Assembly (NCBI GenBank): GCA_037441475.1
Contig: JBBISB010000001.1
Location: 6,418-38,417, forward strand
Direction: 5' to 3'
DNA: 32,000 nt
Source: Candidatus Iainarchaeum sp.
GTDB lineage: Archaea > Iainarchaeota > Iainarchaeia > Iainarchaeales > CSSED10-239
In this document: in pieces, positions 8,282 through 17,996 of the stretch
How positions within the stretch are numbered: the first letter of the stretch is position 1
Layout of the letters: each line of letters begins with the position of its first letter
Made by a program: the position numbers and the translations under genes
The notes under the pieces: model-generated
What the model saw: the letters and a program-made list of their open reading frames with translations, nothing else
What the model was told of the DNA's origin: nothing
Database searches by the model: none

Positions 8282-10210
8282 ATGAATAAATTTAAAGTAG
8301 TTTCAAAATATTCTCCTGCAGGTGATCAAGGAAAAGCAATTGAAGAGCTATCAGACTCTTTAAATAAAGGAACAAAACTACAAACCCTTAAAGGTGCAAC
8401 TGGAACCGGTAAGACATATGTTATTTCAAAGATTGTTGAAAAACATCAAAAACCAACTCTTGTTCTTACTCATAACAAAACCTTAGCAGCACAGCTTTAC
8501 AGAGAACTAAAAGAACTATTTCCAAACAACAAAGTTGAATATTTTGTATCATATTATGATTATTATCAACCAGAAAGTTATGTTCCTCAAAGAGATTTAT
8601 ATATAGAAAAAAACACAAAAATTAATGAAAAGATAGAAGAATTAAGACTTTCTGCAACAGCATCTATTGCCTCAAGGGAAGACACCATTGTTGTTGTTTC
8701 TGTTTCTTGTATCTATTCTTTAGGAAATCCTGAAAAGTTTAAAGAAATGGGTTTTGAAATTAATCTTGGACAAAATATTTCAAGATTAGAAATTTTAGAA
8801 AAGTTAGTAAATATTCAATATGAAAGAAACGACATGGAACTTTCCCAAGGAAGATTTAGGGTTAAAGGAGATGTTATAGATTTAATCTTAGGATACTCTC
8901 AAAATATTATAAGAATAGAGTTATTTGGAAAAACAATAGATAGGATAACCGAGATTGATAAGATAACTGGAGAGGTTATTTCAAAAATGAATAACTTATA
9001 TGTCTTCCCTGCAAAACACTTTGTTATTGATGAACCTTCAAAAATAAAGGCCTTAGAGTCTATTGAAAAAGAACTAAATGACGTCCTACCTTCTATGGGA
9101 TCTTTAGAAGCTCAAAGGTTAAAACAAAGAACAATGTATGACTTAGAGATGATAAGAGAAGCTGGTTACTGCTCTGGTATTGAAAACTACTCAAGACATT
9201 TTGATGGTAGAAAACCAGGTGAAAGAGCCTACACCTTAATTGATTATTTTCCAAAAGACTTTCTTTTAGTTATTGATGAAAGTCATCAAACCTTACCACA
9301 GTTAAGAGCAATGTATGCTGGGGATTTTTCAAGAAAGAAAAATTTAATTGATTATGGTTTCCGTCTTCCTTCAGCATATGACAACAGACCTTTAAAGTTT
9401 CCAGAATTTGAAAAGAACTTCATGAACAAAGTTATTTTTGTATCAGCAACTCCAGGAGACTATGAACTTTCAAAATCTAAAAAGATCTCTGAACTTATAA
9501 TTAGACCAACAGGTTTAGTTGATCCTCCAATAGAAATAGTAAAATCTGAAGGACAGATAAAGCATTTAATAAATAATATCAATGAAACTATTAAAAAAGG
9601 ATTTAGGGTTTTGGTTACAACCTTAACTAAAAAATTAGCAGAAGAGATTTCTGAGTATTTAGCAGAACAAAATATTAAAACAAGATACCTTCATTCAGAG
9701 ATTAATACTTTAGAAAGATCAGAGATTATTAGAGAATTGCGTTTAGGAAAATTTGATTGTCTTGTAGGTATTAATCTTTTAAGAGAGGGTCTTGATATTC
9801 CTGAGGTTGGTTTGATTGGTATTTTAGATGCTGATAAAGAGGGTTTTTTAAGAGACCAGAGAAGTTTAATACAGATAATTGGAAGAGCTGCAAGAAACAA
9901 AGCCTCAAAAGTTATTCTTTATGCTGATAAAATAACAGATTCTATTAAAAAAGCAGTAGAAGAGACTGATAGGAGAAGAAACATACAGCTTGCATATAAT
10001 AAAAAGAATAACATAACACCTAAGACAATCATTAAGCCTATTGAAGAAAAGCACACAGAGATTAAGGATGTTAAGTCAATACCTAAAAAAGATGTTTCAA
10101 GAATGATAATAGAGCTTGAAAAAGAAATGAGAAAGGCTTCTGATAATCTTGATTTTGAGGCAGCTATAACTTTAAGGGATAAGATAAATATTTTAAAGAC
10201 AAGAAAATAA
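8282..10210 (+). CDS. uvrB: Excinuclease ABC subunit B
   Basis: [80 protein letters not shown]-terminal UVR domain. Confidence 0.98.
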   Translation: MNKFKVVSKYSPAGDQGKAIEELSDSLNKGTKLQTLKGATGTGKTYVISKIVEKHQKPTLVLTHNKTLAAQLYRELKELFPNNKVEYFVSYYDYYQPESYVPQRDLYIEKNTKINEKIEELRLSATASIASREDTIVVVSVSCIYSLGNPEKFKEMGFEINLGQNISRLEILEKLVNIQYERNDMELSQGRFRVKGDVIDLILGYSQNIIRIELFGKTIDRITEIDKITGEVISKMNNLYVFPAKHFVIDEPSKIKALESIEKELNDVLPSMGSLEAQRLKQRTMYDLEMIREAGYCSGIENYSRHFDGRKPGERAYTLIDYFPKDFLLVIDESHQTLPQLRAMYAGDFSRKKNLIDYGFRLPSAYDNRPLKFPEFEKNFMNKVIFVSATPGDYELSKSKKISELIIRPTGLVDPPIEIVKSEGQIKHLINNINETIKKGFRVLVTTLTKKLAEEISEYLAEQNIKTRYLHSEINTLERSEIIRELRLGKFDCLVGINLLREGLDIPEVGLIGILDADKEGFLRDQRSLIQIIGRAARNKASKVILYADKITDSIKKAVEETDRRRNIQLAYNKKNNITPKTIIKPIEEKHTEIKDVKSIPKKDVSRMIIELEKEMRKASDNLDFEAAITLRDKINILKTRK

Positions 10211-10936
10211 TTACTTTCCTTCTAAAACATAATTATAATCCTTATCAAGCTTATATCCTCTTTCAGGAGTAAAATAAACTTCAAAACCAAGCTTTTCTAA
10301 AATTTTTAAAACATTAAAAACAGTTTTTCTATTCTTAACATTACCTTCCATGCTAGCTGCTTTATGTACTAGATATCTTCCAATTTCTGCTCTTTTCTGT
10401 AGTAAATTTTTATTATCTAAAATAGATTTATTAATTTCAGTTACCATATTTTTCATAAAAACAGGATTTATTCTAATAGTGGTATAACCTAAAACCTTTT
10501 TTTCAGGATTAATGATAGCCATTACCTCATAACCATGCTTTGTTCTTGGATACTTAAAGATACTATCTACAAAAAGTCCAAGATCAGGAATTGCATTTCC
10601 TTTATTATTTTTAGGTTTAATAGAGGGATTGTAAAGTTTAAAATAAAATAAACTTCCTTTATCCCTAACATCATTTGTTTTTCCTTTTAAGGCTCTTTTT
10701 TTCCCAATATCTTGAAAAATAAGATCAAACTTTTTATTATTAACAACAGTAAAATGATTTAATCTATCTCCTGAGATGTTATATGATTTTTCTCCAGGAT
10801 GTTTATAAAAAGCTACATCTCTTAGGTTTGTAAGTTGTATGTTTTCTAAGGCTTTAATCTCTGCTATAAACTTATCTTTTCCAATCTTAGGTTTTGGTAT
10901 AATCTTTGGTTTTGCCTTTTTATTACTTGGATTCAT
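10211..10936 (-). CDS. Conserved protein of unknown function, paralogue of the adjacent gene
   Basis: Shares IPDLxxxV...IINPEKKVLGYTTIRI and C-terminal LGFEVYFTPERGYKLDKDYNYV with 10923-11555. Confidence 0.75.
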   Translation of the reverse strand: MNPSNKKAKPKIIPKPKIGKDKFIAEIKALENIQLTNLRDVAFYKHPGEKSYNISGDRLNHFTVVNNKKFDLIFQDIGKKRALKGKTNDVRDKGSLFYFKLYNPSIKPKNNKGNAIPDLGLFVDSIFKYPRTKHGYEVMAIINPEKKVLGYTTIRINPVFMKNMVTEINKSILDNKNLLQKRAEIGRYLVHKAASMEGNVKNRKTVFNVLKILEKLGFEVYFTPERGYKLDKDYNYVLEGK

Positions 10937-11555
10937 TACTTCTCACATAATTAAATCTTTCATCAAGCTTATAGTTTGTTTCTGGTGTGAAAACTATTTT
11001 AATACCAAGACTTGGAAGCATTTCAAAAAGATCTTTTTTATATTCAGCATTTTTCTTACTTTTAGAAGTAAGGTAAGGGTTTATTCTTTTAATAAATTGT
11101 TCAGGAGTTATTTTAATTGCATCAATCTTAATTGTTGTATACCCTATTGGTTTTCCATTTTTAGGTTCGATTACAGATATTATTTGATATTTAATAGTTT
11201 TTTTCCTATCTTTAATAAAAGAAACAATATCTGATAAAGAAGGAAGACTTGTACCATACTCATCTTTCTTAGAGTTCTTTCTAATTATGTGGGTATGAAG
11301 AAGTTGAGATCTATTTTCAAGATTTCTTATTTTTCTTCTTATACTATTTTGTGTTTTTTCATTAAGTAATCTTTCAAGTTTACCAATATCTTTTCCTACA
11401 TGATTTTTTTGTCTATTAATAGAAACATCATGCACACCTTTACCTGGAATTGATAATAACTGCACTTCTTTTTTTCTTATCTCAGCATCAGATATTAAGG
11501 CTTTTTCAAACTTATTTCTACCTATTCTTGATTTTGGATGTATTACTGGCTTCAT
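10923..11555 (-). CDS. Conserved protein of unknown function, paralogue of the adjacent gene
   Basis: Shares LPSLSDIV...VIEPKNGKPIGYTTIKI and LGIKIVFTPETNYKLDERFNYV; overlaps its neighbour by 14 nt in the same direction. Confidence 0.75.
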   Translation of the reverse strand: MKPVIHPKSRIGRNKFEKALISDAEIRKKEVQLLSIPGKGVHDVSINRQKNHVGKDIGKLERLLNEKTQNSIRRKIRNLENRSQLLHTHIIRKNSKKDEYGTSLPSLSDIVSFIKDRKKTIKYQIISVIEPKNGKPIGYTTIKIDAIKITPEQFIKRINPYLTSKSKKNAEYKKDLFEMLPSLGIKIVFTPETNYKLDERFNYVRSNESK

Positions 11556-11719
11556 ATATATATCTTGTAAGGTAAATAGTATTTTAAATATATAAGCTTA
11601 AATTATGGGTATACATAAAAAGTTTGGATTTCTAAGGCTTCTTTTTATAAAGATGTTGTTCTATATTAGATATAACAATCTTAATTTCTTTTTTTAAGAT
11701 ACATAACTGGTGAAATAAT

Positions 11720-12316
11720 ATGCTTGGAAAATATATTGTAGTTGACATAGAAACAACTGGGCTTAATAGAGAAAGAGATCAAATAACTGAGATTGCTGCT
11801 TTAAAAATTGAAGGAAACAGAATTGTTGATAAGTTTGAAACATTAGTAAACCCTTTAATGAAGATACCTGTTGAAATAGTACAATTAACAGGAATTACAG
11901 ATAGTATGGTTAAAGATAAACCAACTATTTTAGAAGTTCTACCTAGTTTTTCACAGTTTATAGGAAATGATATCTTGGTTGCACATAATGCTATCTTTGA
12001 TATTGGTTTTTTAAACTTTAATTATAATAAATATCTAAACAGATCTTTAGATAACAAGAATATATGTACTATGAACCTTGCAAAAAAAATAGTTTCAACA
12101 ATACCAAGTTATAGACTTTCTTCTTTATGTAACTATTTTGATATTAAAAATGAATCTGCACATAGAGCTATGGGTGATGTTCATGCAACCACTAAGCTTT
12201 TTAATAAATTTCAAGCAATAATGCATAATAATGGTTTAAAGGAAGATTATGATATCTTAGGTTTTTATCAAGATCCTTTAGCAAAATTAAATCTTTCTCT
12301 TAATCATCTAATATGA
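11720..12316 (+). CDS. DEDDh 3'-5' exonuclease (DnaQ/PolC epsilon-like)
   Basis: VVDIETTGLNRERDQITEIAA, LTGIT, VAHNAIFDIGFL, HRAMGDVHATTKLF. Confidence 0.93.
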   Translation: MLGKYIVVDIETTGLNRERDQITEIAALKIEGNRIVDKFETLVNPLMKIPVEIVQLTGITDSMVKDKPTILEVLPSFSQFIGNDILVAHNAIFDIGFLNFNYNKYLNRSLDNKNICTMNLAKKIVSTIPSYRLSSLCNYFDIKNESAHRAMGDVHATTKLFNKFQAIMHNNGLKEDYDILGFYQDPLAKLNLSLNHLI

Positions 12317-12337
12317 TTATTTCTAATAAGAATATAT

Positions 12338-13266
12338 ATGGGCAGACAAAAAAGAATTAATGAACTATTAACTTATTTTAAAAAAGAAAAAGATGATTCT
12401 ATTTTTTCTTTAATAGTTAAAAAAACAAATAATGATTTTAATAACTATATTGAACCTTTATTAGATATTTATTGTCCTGAGATTAGAAATGAAAAGTTCT
12501 ATAAAAAATTAGTATTAGGATCAACTGAACTATATGCTCTTGGTTGTTATCTAATTATTTTCTTTTCAGGTAAAAGTTATTCTAAGTATAGGGTTATTTC
12601 TAAGAAAATTAATTTAAATGAAAAGATTTTTCTAAGGTTATTACCCTTAGTTTCAATTTCAAAGGATACTAGAAAAAAATAATTTATGCCTCTGCTTTTG
12701 GAGTCTTAATTGATCATATCTTTGACATTGAATTGAAAAATGAAAAACCTAAAAAAAGAGCAGAGATTGTTAAAAAGTCTTTTTTTAAAGAAAGTAAAGA
12801 AAAAAACAAACTAGCTCTTCTTTCTTACCTTTCATGTCAGCTTGATTAAAAAAGTATTAGTTATTTGAAAAAATGGTGTGATGCTGAAGCAAAAGGACTT
12901 GAAAAAAATAAAAGTGTTAGGGAGTATGGGGTTTTAGGTGCCATTAAACTATTATACTCAATTATTAAAAAAGAAGTTAGTATTAAAAATTATAAACTAA
13001 TGATTGAGATTGCTTATTTTGTACAAATGCTTGATGATTATATAGATGTTGAAGATGATATTAAACTTAAGAAGATAACCCCTGTAATTGAAGGGGAATG
13101 GACAATAGATACAATCATCTCTCAGTATGAAAAATGTGTTTCTTTATCAATAAAAACAGCAAAAGAAAATAATATTTCTCCAAAATACTTTAAGTTAATT
13201 GAAGGAAATATTATGTATTTTGCATATAACCTTGTTAGAAAAATGGCAAACAAGGATACAAACTAA
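12338..13266 (+). pseudogene. Unknown alpha-helical protein with Asp-rich motifs, split by one frameshift and one in-frame TAA
   Basis: ORF 12338-12682 ends after a poly-A run; the alternate frame continues KKIIYASAFGVLIDHIFDIE...LLSYLSCQLD, TAA at 12847-12849, then ORF 12865-13266. Confidence 0.55.
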
Positions 13267-13478
13267 TTATTTTTTTGTAGTTTTCTTAGGGTTATCTTTA
13301 ATTGGCGCAACTGCCCATAGAACAATGTAAACAACAACTGCTATGCCAAGGCTTATAATAGCTAAGATTACAAAAGCAAGCCTTATTAAAGTTACATCAA
13401 AATCAAAAATTCTGAAAAACCACCAGCAACTCCACCTAAAATTACTTGTTTTGAATTTCTAAAATATTTTTTACTCAT
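13267..13478 (-). pseudogene. PspC-domain membrane protein with a 1-nt frameshift
   Basis: MSKKYFRNSKQVILGGVAGGFSE (shift) FDFDVTLIRLAFVILAIISLGIAVVVYIVLWAVAPIKDNPKKTTKK; span of 212 nt is one short of a multiple of 3. Confidence 0.75.
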
Positions 13479-13617
13479 ATTTTTTAATCTCCTTAATAGT
13501 TATTTTAAGGAAGGAAAATGTTTATAAGTATATTTAAATATTGTTTTTTCTATATATTATTTATAAAATACAGAAATATTGACCTAAATATAAAAAAGTA
13601 TTAAAATTGAAATAAAT

Positions 13618-14553
13618 ATGGAATATACAAAAGACTTTTTATGGAAAGAAAACTTAACAGTTTCAGAGCTTGTTGAAGGTTACGGAAAAATAGGTTTTCA
13701 AAGTTATGAACTTAAAAGAGCATCTGATCTTTTAGTGAAGATGAAAAAAGAAGGTGCTAAAGTATACTTTTCATTCACATCAAACATGGTTACCTCTGGG
13801 TTAAGAGGTTTTTTTGCACAGGTGATTGAAAAGAAGATGTGTGATGTTATTGTTACAACTGTTGGTTCTATTGAAGAAGATATTATGAAAGCTGACGGAG
13901 ATAAGTTTATTTTAGGTTCCTTCTCTTCAAATGATGAAGAACTTTATGAGAGAGGAGAAAACAGAGTTGGTAATATTTTAATTACTAATGATCAATATCA
14001 AAAGCTTGAAGCAAAGATAAGAGATCTTCTTTTAGATGTTTATAAGGAGAAGAAAGTTTTAACTATCTCAGAACTTTTAAGAGAGATTGGTCTTAGGTTA
14101 AATGATACTTTTTCTATACTTTATCAAGCAGCTAAAAACAATGTTCCTGTCTTTTGTCCTGCAATTACAGATGGTTCCTTTGGTTTTCATCTTCATTTGT
14201 TTAAAGAGGAACATAAGGATTTCAATATAGATATTATAGATGATTTTAAAAATATTATTTTTTCAACATCACATGATGAAAAAAAAGGAATTGTCTCTCT
14301 TGGTGGTGGTGTTTCAAAGCACCATGTAATCTTAACTACATTAATTAATGGTGGGGCTGATTATGCTCTTTACATGACAACAGCATCTCCTCGTTCAGGA
14401 AGTCTTTCTGGAGCTACAACTGATGAAGCTAAGTCCTGGGGTAAGATAAAAGATAATTCAGATGCTGTAACTGTTATTGGAGATGTCACAATTACTTTTC
14501 CAATAGCTATGGTTTCTGCCTTAGATACTCTAAGTAAAGAAGGAGTTATATAG
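13618..14553 (+). CDS. dys: Deoxyhypusine synthase
   Basis: SFTSNMVTSGLRG, TTVGSIEEDIMK, CPAITDGSFG, LGGGVSKHH, TTASPRSGSLSGA. Confidence 0.95.
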   Translation: MEYTKDFLWKENLTVSELVEGYGKIGFQSYELKRASDLLVKMKKEGAKVYFSFTSNMVTSGLRGFFAQVIEKKMCDVIVTTVGSIEEDIMKADGDKFILGSFSSNDEELYERGENRVGNILITNDQYQKLEAKIRDLLLDVYKEKKVLTISELLREIGLRLNDTFSILYQAAKNNVPVFCPAITDGSFGFHLHLFKEEHKDFNIDIIDDFKNIIFSTSHDEKKGIVSLGGGVSKHHVILTTLINGGADYALYMTTASPRSGSLSGATTDEAKSWGKIKDNSDAVTVIGDVTITFPIAMVSALDTLSKEGVI

Positions 14554-14554
14554 G

Positions 14555-15172
14555 ATGATTAGAAAGAACTTTTTAAAAATAAAAGAAAAGGTTAGAAGTG
14601 TAAATCATTTTAGAAAAAAAGAAAGTATTTATTCAAGATTAGATGAAAGATATAAAAGTTTAAAAATAGAATATTTACCCGAAATACCTTCTAAACTTGA
14701 ACTAAAAAGGTATATTGAAAAAAATAAGTTTGTTGTTTTTTTAGGAAATAAAACTAGAGACTCAATTGTTGGAAAGTTAAAATATGTTTCGTTTTTATCT
14801 TTTATTGAAAAAGATGGAATTCATTTTTTAAGTTCATCCTTTAATCCAGAACATAAAAATTCTCTTAGAAACTTATATGATATTAAAAAATATACTGAAT
14901 TTTTAGTTAAATTTTCACGAAAAAATGGAATTAAAAAAATTAAAACAGAAAGTTGGCTTTTTGAAGAATTAAAGGGTTTTGATAAGTATATTGGGGGTTT
15001 TAAACCTGTTAACTTAACTGAACTTACATCGTATAAACAAAAGTTAAAAGAGAATAATGTTAAAAAAGTATTATCTTATGATTTTAATAATAATGTTTTA
15101 GTTTGTTTTACAAAAGAAGGGAAAGAGATTGAAATAATAACAAAACTTCCTTCTTATGTTTTAAAAGTGTGA
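14555..15172 (+). CDS. Hypothetical protein, tightly linked to dys
   Basis: 205 aa; ATG lies 1 nt after the dys stop; no family recognised with confidence. Confidence 0.75.
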   Translation: MIRKNFLKIKEKVRSVNHFRKKESIYSRLDERYKSLKIEYLPEIPSKLELKRYIEKNKFVVFLGNKTRDSIVGKLKYVSFLSFIEKDGIHFLSSSFNPEHKNSLRNLYDIKKYTEFLVKFSRKNGIKKIKTESWLFEELKGFDKYIGGFKPVNLTELTSYKQKLKENNVKKVLSYDFNNNVLVCFTKEGKEIEIITKLPSYVLKV

Positions 15173-15179
15173 TTAAGAA

Positions 15180-16226
15180 ATGAAATCAAATGCAAAATTT
15201 ATATTTTCTAAGAAAAAAGTCTTAGAAGAGTTTAAAAAGATTGAAAGTATATCTGATGTTATTTGTTATAGTGTTAAATCAAACCCTTATATTACTACTA
15301 TTCTTGAAGAAAATACCTCTTCTAATTTTTTAATACATCATACAAATGAATTGGAAAAAATAACTGATAAAAAAAAGATTTGGTATATGCTTCACTCTCC
15401 TGATAAAGAAGAAACATCCTTAATCTTTAGAGAAGGTATTAATAAGTTTATTGTTGATAATAAAAATGATTTAGATTTTCTTTTAAAAGAGATTAAAGAA
15501 AATAAGTATAAGATAACTTTACTTTTAAGAATGAGGCTTAAAGAGTACACTGTTGTTACTGGTAAATATTTTGTTTATGGTTTTTATTCAAAAGAGATAA
15601 ATCAGGTAATAAAAGAAATTAAAGAAGAACCTTTAATAGAGAAGGTTGGTGTTCATTTTCATAGAAAAACACAAAACCTTTCAGAATGGTCTTTAATAGA
15701 AGAAATATCTTCCTCTTTAGAAAAAAAAACTCTAGAAAGAATAGATTTCTTGGACATCGGAGGAGGACTTCCTGTTGTTTATAAAAATATTAATCCTAAG
15801 ACAATAGATGTTATTTATGAAAAAATAAAAGAATTAAAAGTATTTTTAAACAAACAAAATATTAAACTTTTAACTGAGCCTGGAAGAAGTATAGCTGCAC
15901 CTTCTGGTAAGTTAATTACAACTATTAAAAACATTGTTGATGATACAATATTCATTGACGCTTCTTTATTTAATTGTTCAATGGATACTTTAGTTACCCA
16001 TGTTAAACTATTAGTTGAAGGTGAAAATGAAAAAGATATAGGTAAAGCCTACACCATTAAGGGTTTAACTCCTGCCTCTGAAGACATCTTTAGGTACAGG
16101 GTTTATTTTAAGGAAGGTTATGTTCCTAAGATTAATGATAAAATAACTTTCTTAAATGCAGGAGCATATATCTATTACACAGACCTTTTTAACTTAGAAA
16201 GACCAAAAATAGAGTTTGAAGAATAA
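15180..16226 (+). CDS. PLP-dependent Orn/Lys/Arg/DAP-type decarboxylase (fold III)
   Basis: CYSVKSNPY, GVHFHRKTQ, DIGGGLP, EPGRSIAAPSG, HVKLLV, LNAGAYIYY. Confidence 0.88.
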   Translation: MKSNAKFIFSKKKVLEEFKKIESISDVICYSVKSNPYITTILEENTSSNFLIHHTNELEKITDKKKIWYMLHSPDKEETSLIFREGINKFIVDNKNDLDFLLKEIKENKYKITLLLRMRLKEYTVVTGKYFVYGFYSKEINQVIKEIKEEPLIEKVGVHFHRKTQNLSEWSLIEEISSSLEKKTLERIDFLDIGGGLPVVYKNINPKTIDVIYEKIKELKVFLNKQNIKLLTEPGRSIAAPSGKLITTIKNIVDDTIFIDASLFNCSMDTLVTHVKLLVEGENEKDIGKAYTIKGLTPASEDIFRYRVYFKEGYVPKINDKITFLNAGAYIYYTDLFNLERPKIEFEE

Positions 16227-16332
16227 AAATTTGCTTTTTAAACTATTTGTTTAATATATATATATCGTTTTATAATATATTTTAATAAATATAGCAATAA
16301 AAAATAATAAAATACAAAAAGGAAAATTAAAT

Positions 16333-17928
16333 ATGACTAATTCTAATGAGAATTTTAATGGTTTAATAAAAGATAAAACCATTTTACAAGCAGTAACAAA
16401 CTTAGGTATTACAAAACCTACAGAAATACAAATAAAAACTATACCTCTTATCTTAGATGGTAAAAACATAATTGCAGAATCTGCAACAGGAACTGGAAAA
16501 ACAATTGCTTTTTTAGCAGGAATTTTACCTAGTGTTTCAAAACAAAAGGTAGTTCAAGCCTTAATCATTGTTCCAACAAGAGAACTTGCAAACCAAGTTT
16601 TTGAAGAAACTAGAAAAATATCCGCTGTTAAAGGACTTTCTTCATGTGCTGTTTATGGTGGAGAATCAGTTTCAGATCAAGCAAGACAATTAAGATTTGC
16701 AGATATTGTAATTGGAACACCAGGAAGAATACTTGATCAAATGGCAAGAAATAACTTAAAACTTAATGATGTTAGGTTCTTAATATTAGATGAAGCAGAT
16801 AGAATGTGCGATATGGGTTTTTCAGAGGATATATCAAAAATAATTGATAAAATGCCAAAGAAAAGACAAACATTAATGTTTTCTGCAACGATTACAAAAG
16901 ATGTTTCAGGTATTGAAAGAAAATATATACCCAATGCAGAAAGAGTTTCTGTAGAATCAAAAGTTGATCCTGCAAACCTTTTACAAGAGTATTATGTTGT
17001 TAAACCAAATCAAAAGTTTTCTTTACTTTTACATTTAATAAAAGAAAATAAAAAGAAATCAATTGTTTTTTGTAACACAAGAAGTGAAGTTGATATTCTT
17101 TATAATAATTTTGTTAAAAATGGTGTTGAGTGTTTTAAATTACATGGTGGACTTGAACAAAGAAAAAGAACACACACTATAGGTAAATATCACTCACATA
17201 AAGATGCAGTCTTAATATCTAGTGATGTTTCAGCAAGAGGTATACATGTAGATAATCTTGAATATATCTATAACTATGATTTACCTAGAGATGATACACA
17301 GTATGTTCACAGAATTGGAAGAACTGCAAGAGCTGGTAAAAAAGGAAAAGCAATAATTATTTTAAATGAAAAAGAAGAGTTTACATTTATTAAATTGTGT
17401 AGACATTTTGGATTTAAGGCAAATCGTATGGATATGCCTGCTATAACTCAAGTTACTATTGATAGATCAAAAGGATCAAAGGAAACTGGAGGTTCTAGAG
17501 GTAATTCAAGAGGAGGTTCTAATAGACCTAAAGACTTTTTTAATAAGCAACTTGATTTTTTAAATAAATCTGGTGTATCTGGTGATAGAGATTCAAGAGG
17601 ACCACCAAGGGATAGAGACTCAAGAGGACCACCTAGAGATGACGCTCCTTTAGAATTTTCAAAAGGACCAAGAGATACAACTAGAAATTCTGAATTTCCT
17701 AGAGGTAATTTTTCCAGACCTTCAAAACCTGCAAGAGAAGTTGAAAAGAAATTTGGTGAAATATATGCTAAGGGCTTTCCTAATACTATAAATTTTAAAG
17801 GACCACCTAGAGATAGAGATTCAAGAGGACCACCTAGAGATGCAAAACTATTATCTCCTGAAGCTGAAAAAAAACAAAGATTTTTTAAAAAAAGCAGAGA
17901 AGGGGCTTTAAAACATAAAAAAAATTAA
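16333..17928 (+). CDS. DEAD-box RNA helicase with Arg/Gly/Pro/Asp-rich C-terminal tail
   Basis: ATGTGKT, PTRELA, GTPGR, DEAD, SAT, HRIGRTARAG; tail has RDSRGPPRD repeats. Confidence 0.96.
   Translation: MTNSNENFNGLIKDKTILQAVTNLGITKPTEIQIKTIPLILDGKNIIAESATGTGKTIAFLAGILPSVSKQKVVQALIIVPTRELANQVFEETRKISAVKGLSSCAVYGGESVSDQARQLRFADIVIGTPGRILDQMARNNLKLNDVRFLILDEADRMCDMGFSEDISKIIDKMPKKRQTLMFSATITKDVSGIERKYIPNAERVSVESKVDPANLLQEYYVVKPNQKFSLLLHLIKENKKKSIVFCNTRSEVDILYNNFVKNGVECFKLHGGLEQRKRTHTIGKYHSHKDAVLISSDVSARGIHVDNLEYIYNYDLPRDDTQYVHRIGRTARAGKKGKAIIILNEKEEFTFIKLCRHFGFKANRMDMPAITQVTIDRSKGSKETGGSRGNSRGGSNRPKDFFNKQLDFLNKSGVSGDRDSRGPPRDRDSRGPPRDDAPLEFSKGPRDTTRNSEFPRGNFSRPSKPAREVEKKFGEIYAKGFPNTINFKGPPRDRDSRGPPRDAKLLSPEAEKKQRFFKKSREGALKHKKN
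17581..17841 (+). repeat. Two clusters of an imperfect repeat encoding (D)RDSRGPPRD
   Basis: gatagagattcaagaggaccaccwagr units at 17581-17640 and about 17798-17841. Confidence 0.85.
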
Positions 17929-17996
17929 AAGAAAAAAAGTATGTTAAAAAAAGATAGTTTGGATAATTAACCTATCTTTAATCAATAAGATCAAAA

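Noticed and set aside
10839-11234. 131-aa plus-strand ORF
   Set aside because: Antisense to two convincing minus-strand paralogues; its Phe/Ile-rich content is what the reverse complement of Lys-rich genes gives.
17581-17841. CRISPR-like array
   Set aside because: The repeats are in frame within the helicase gene with no unique spacers.
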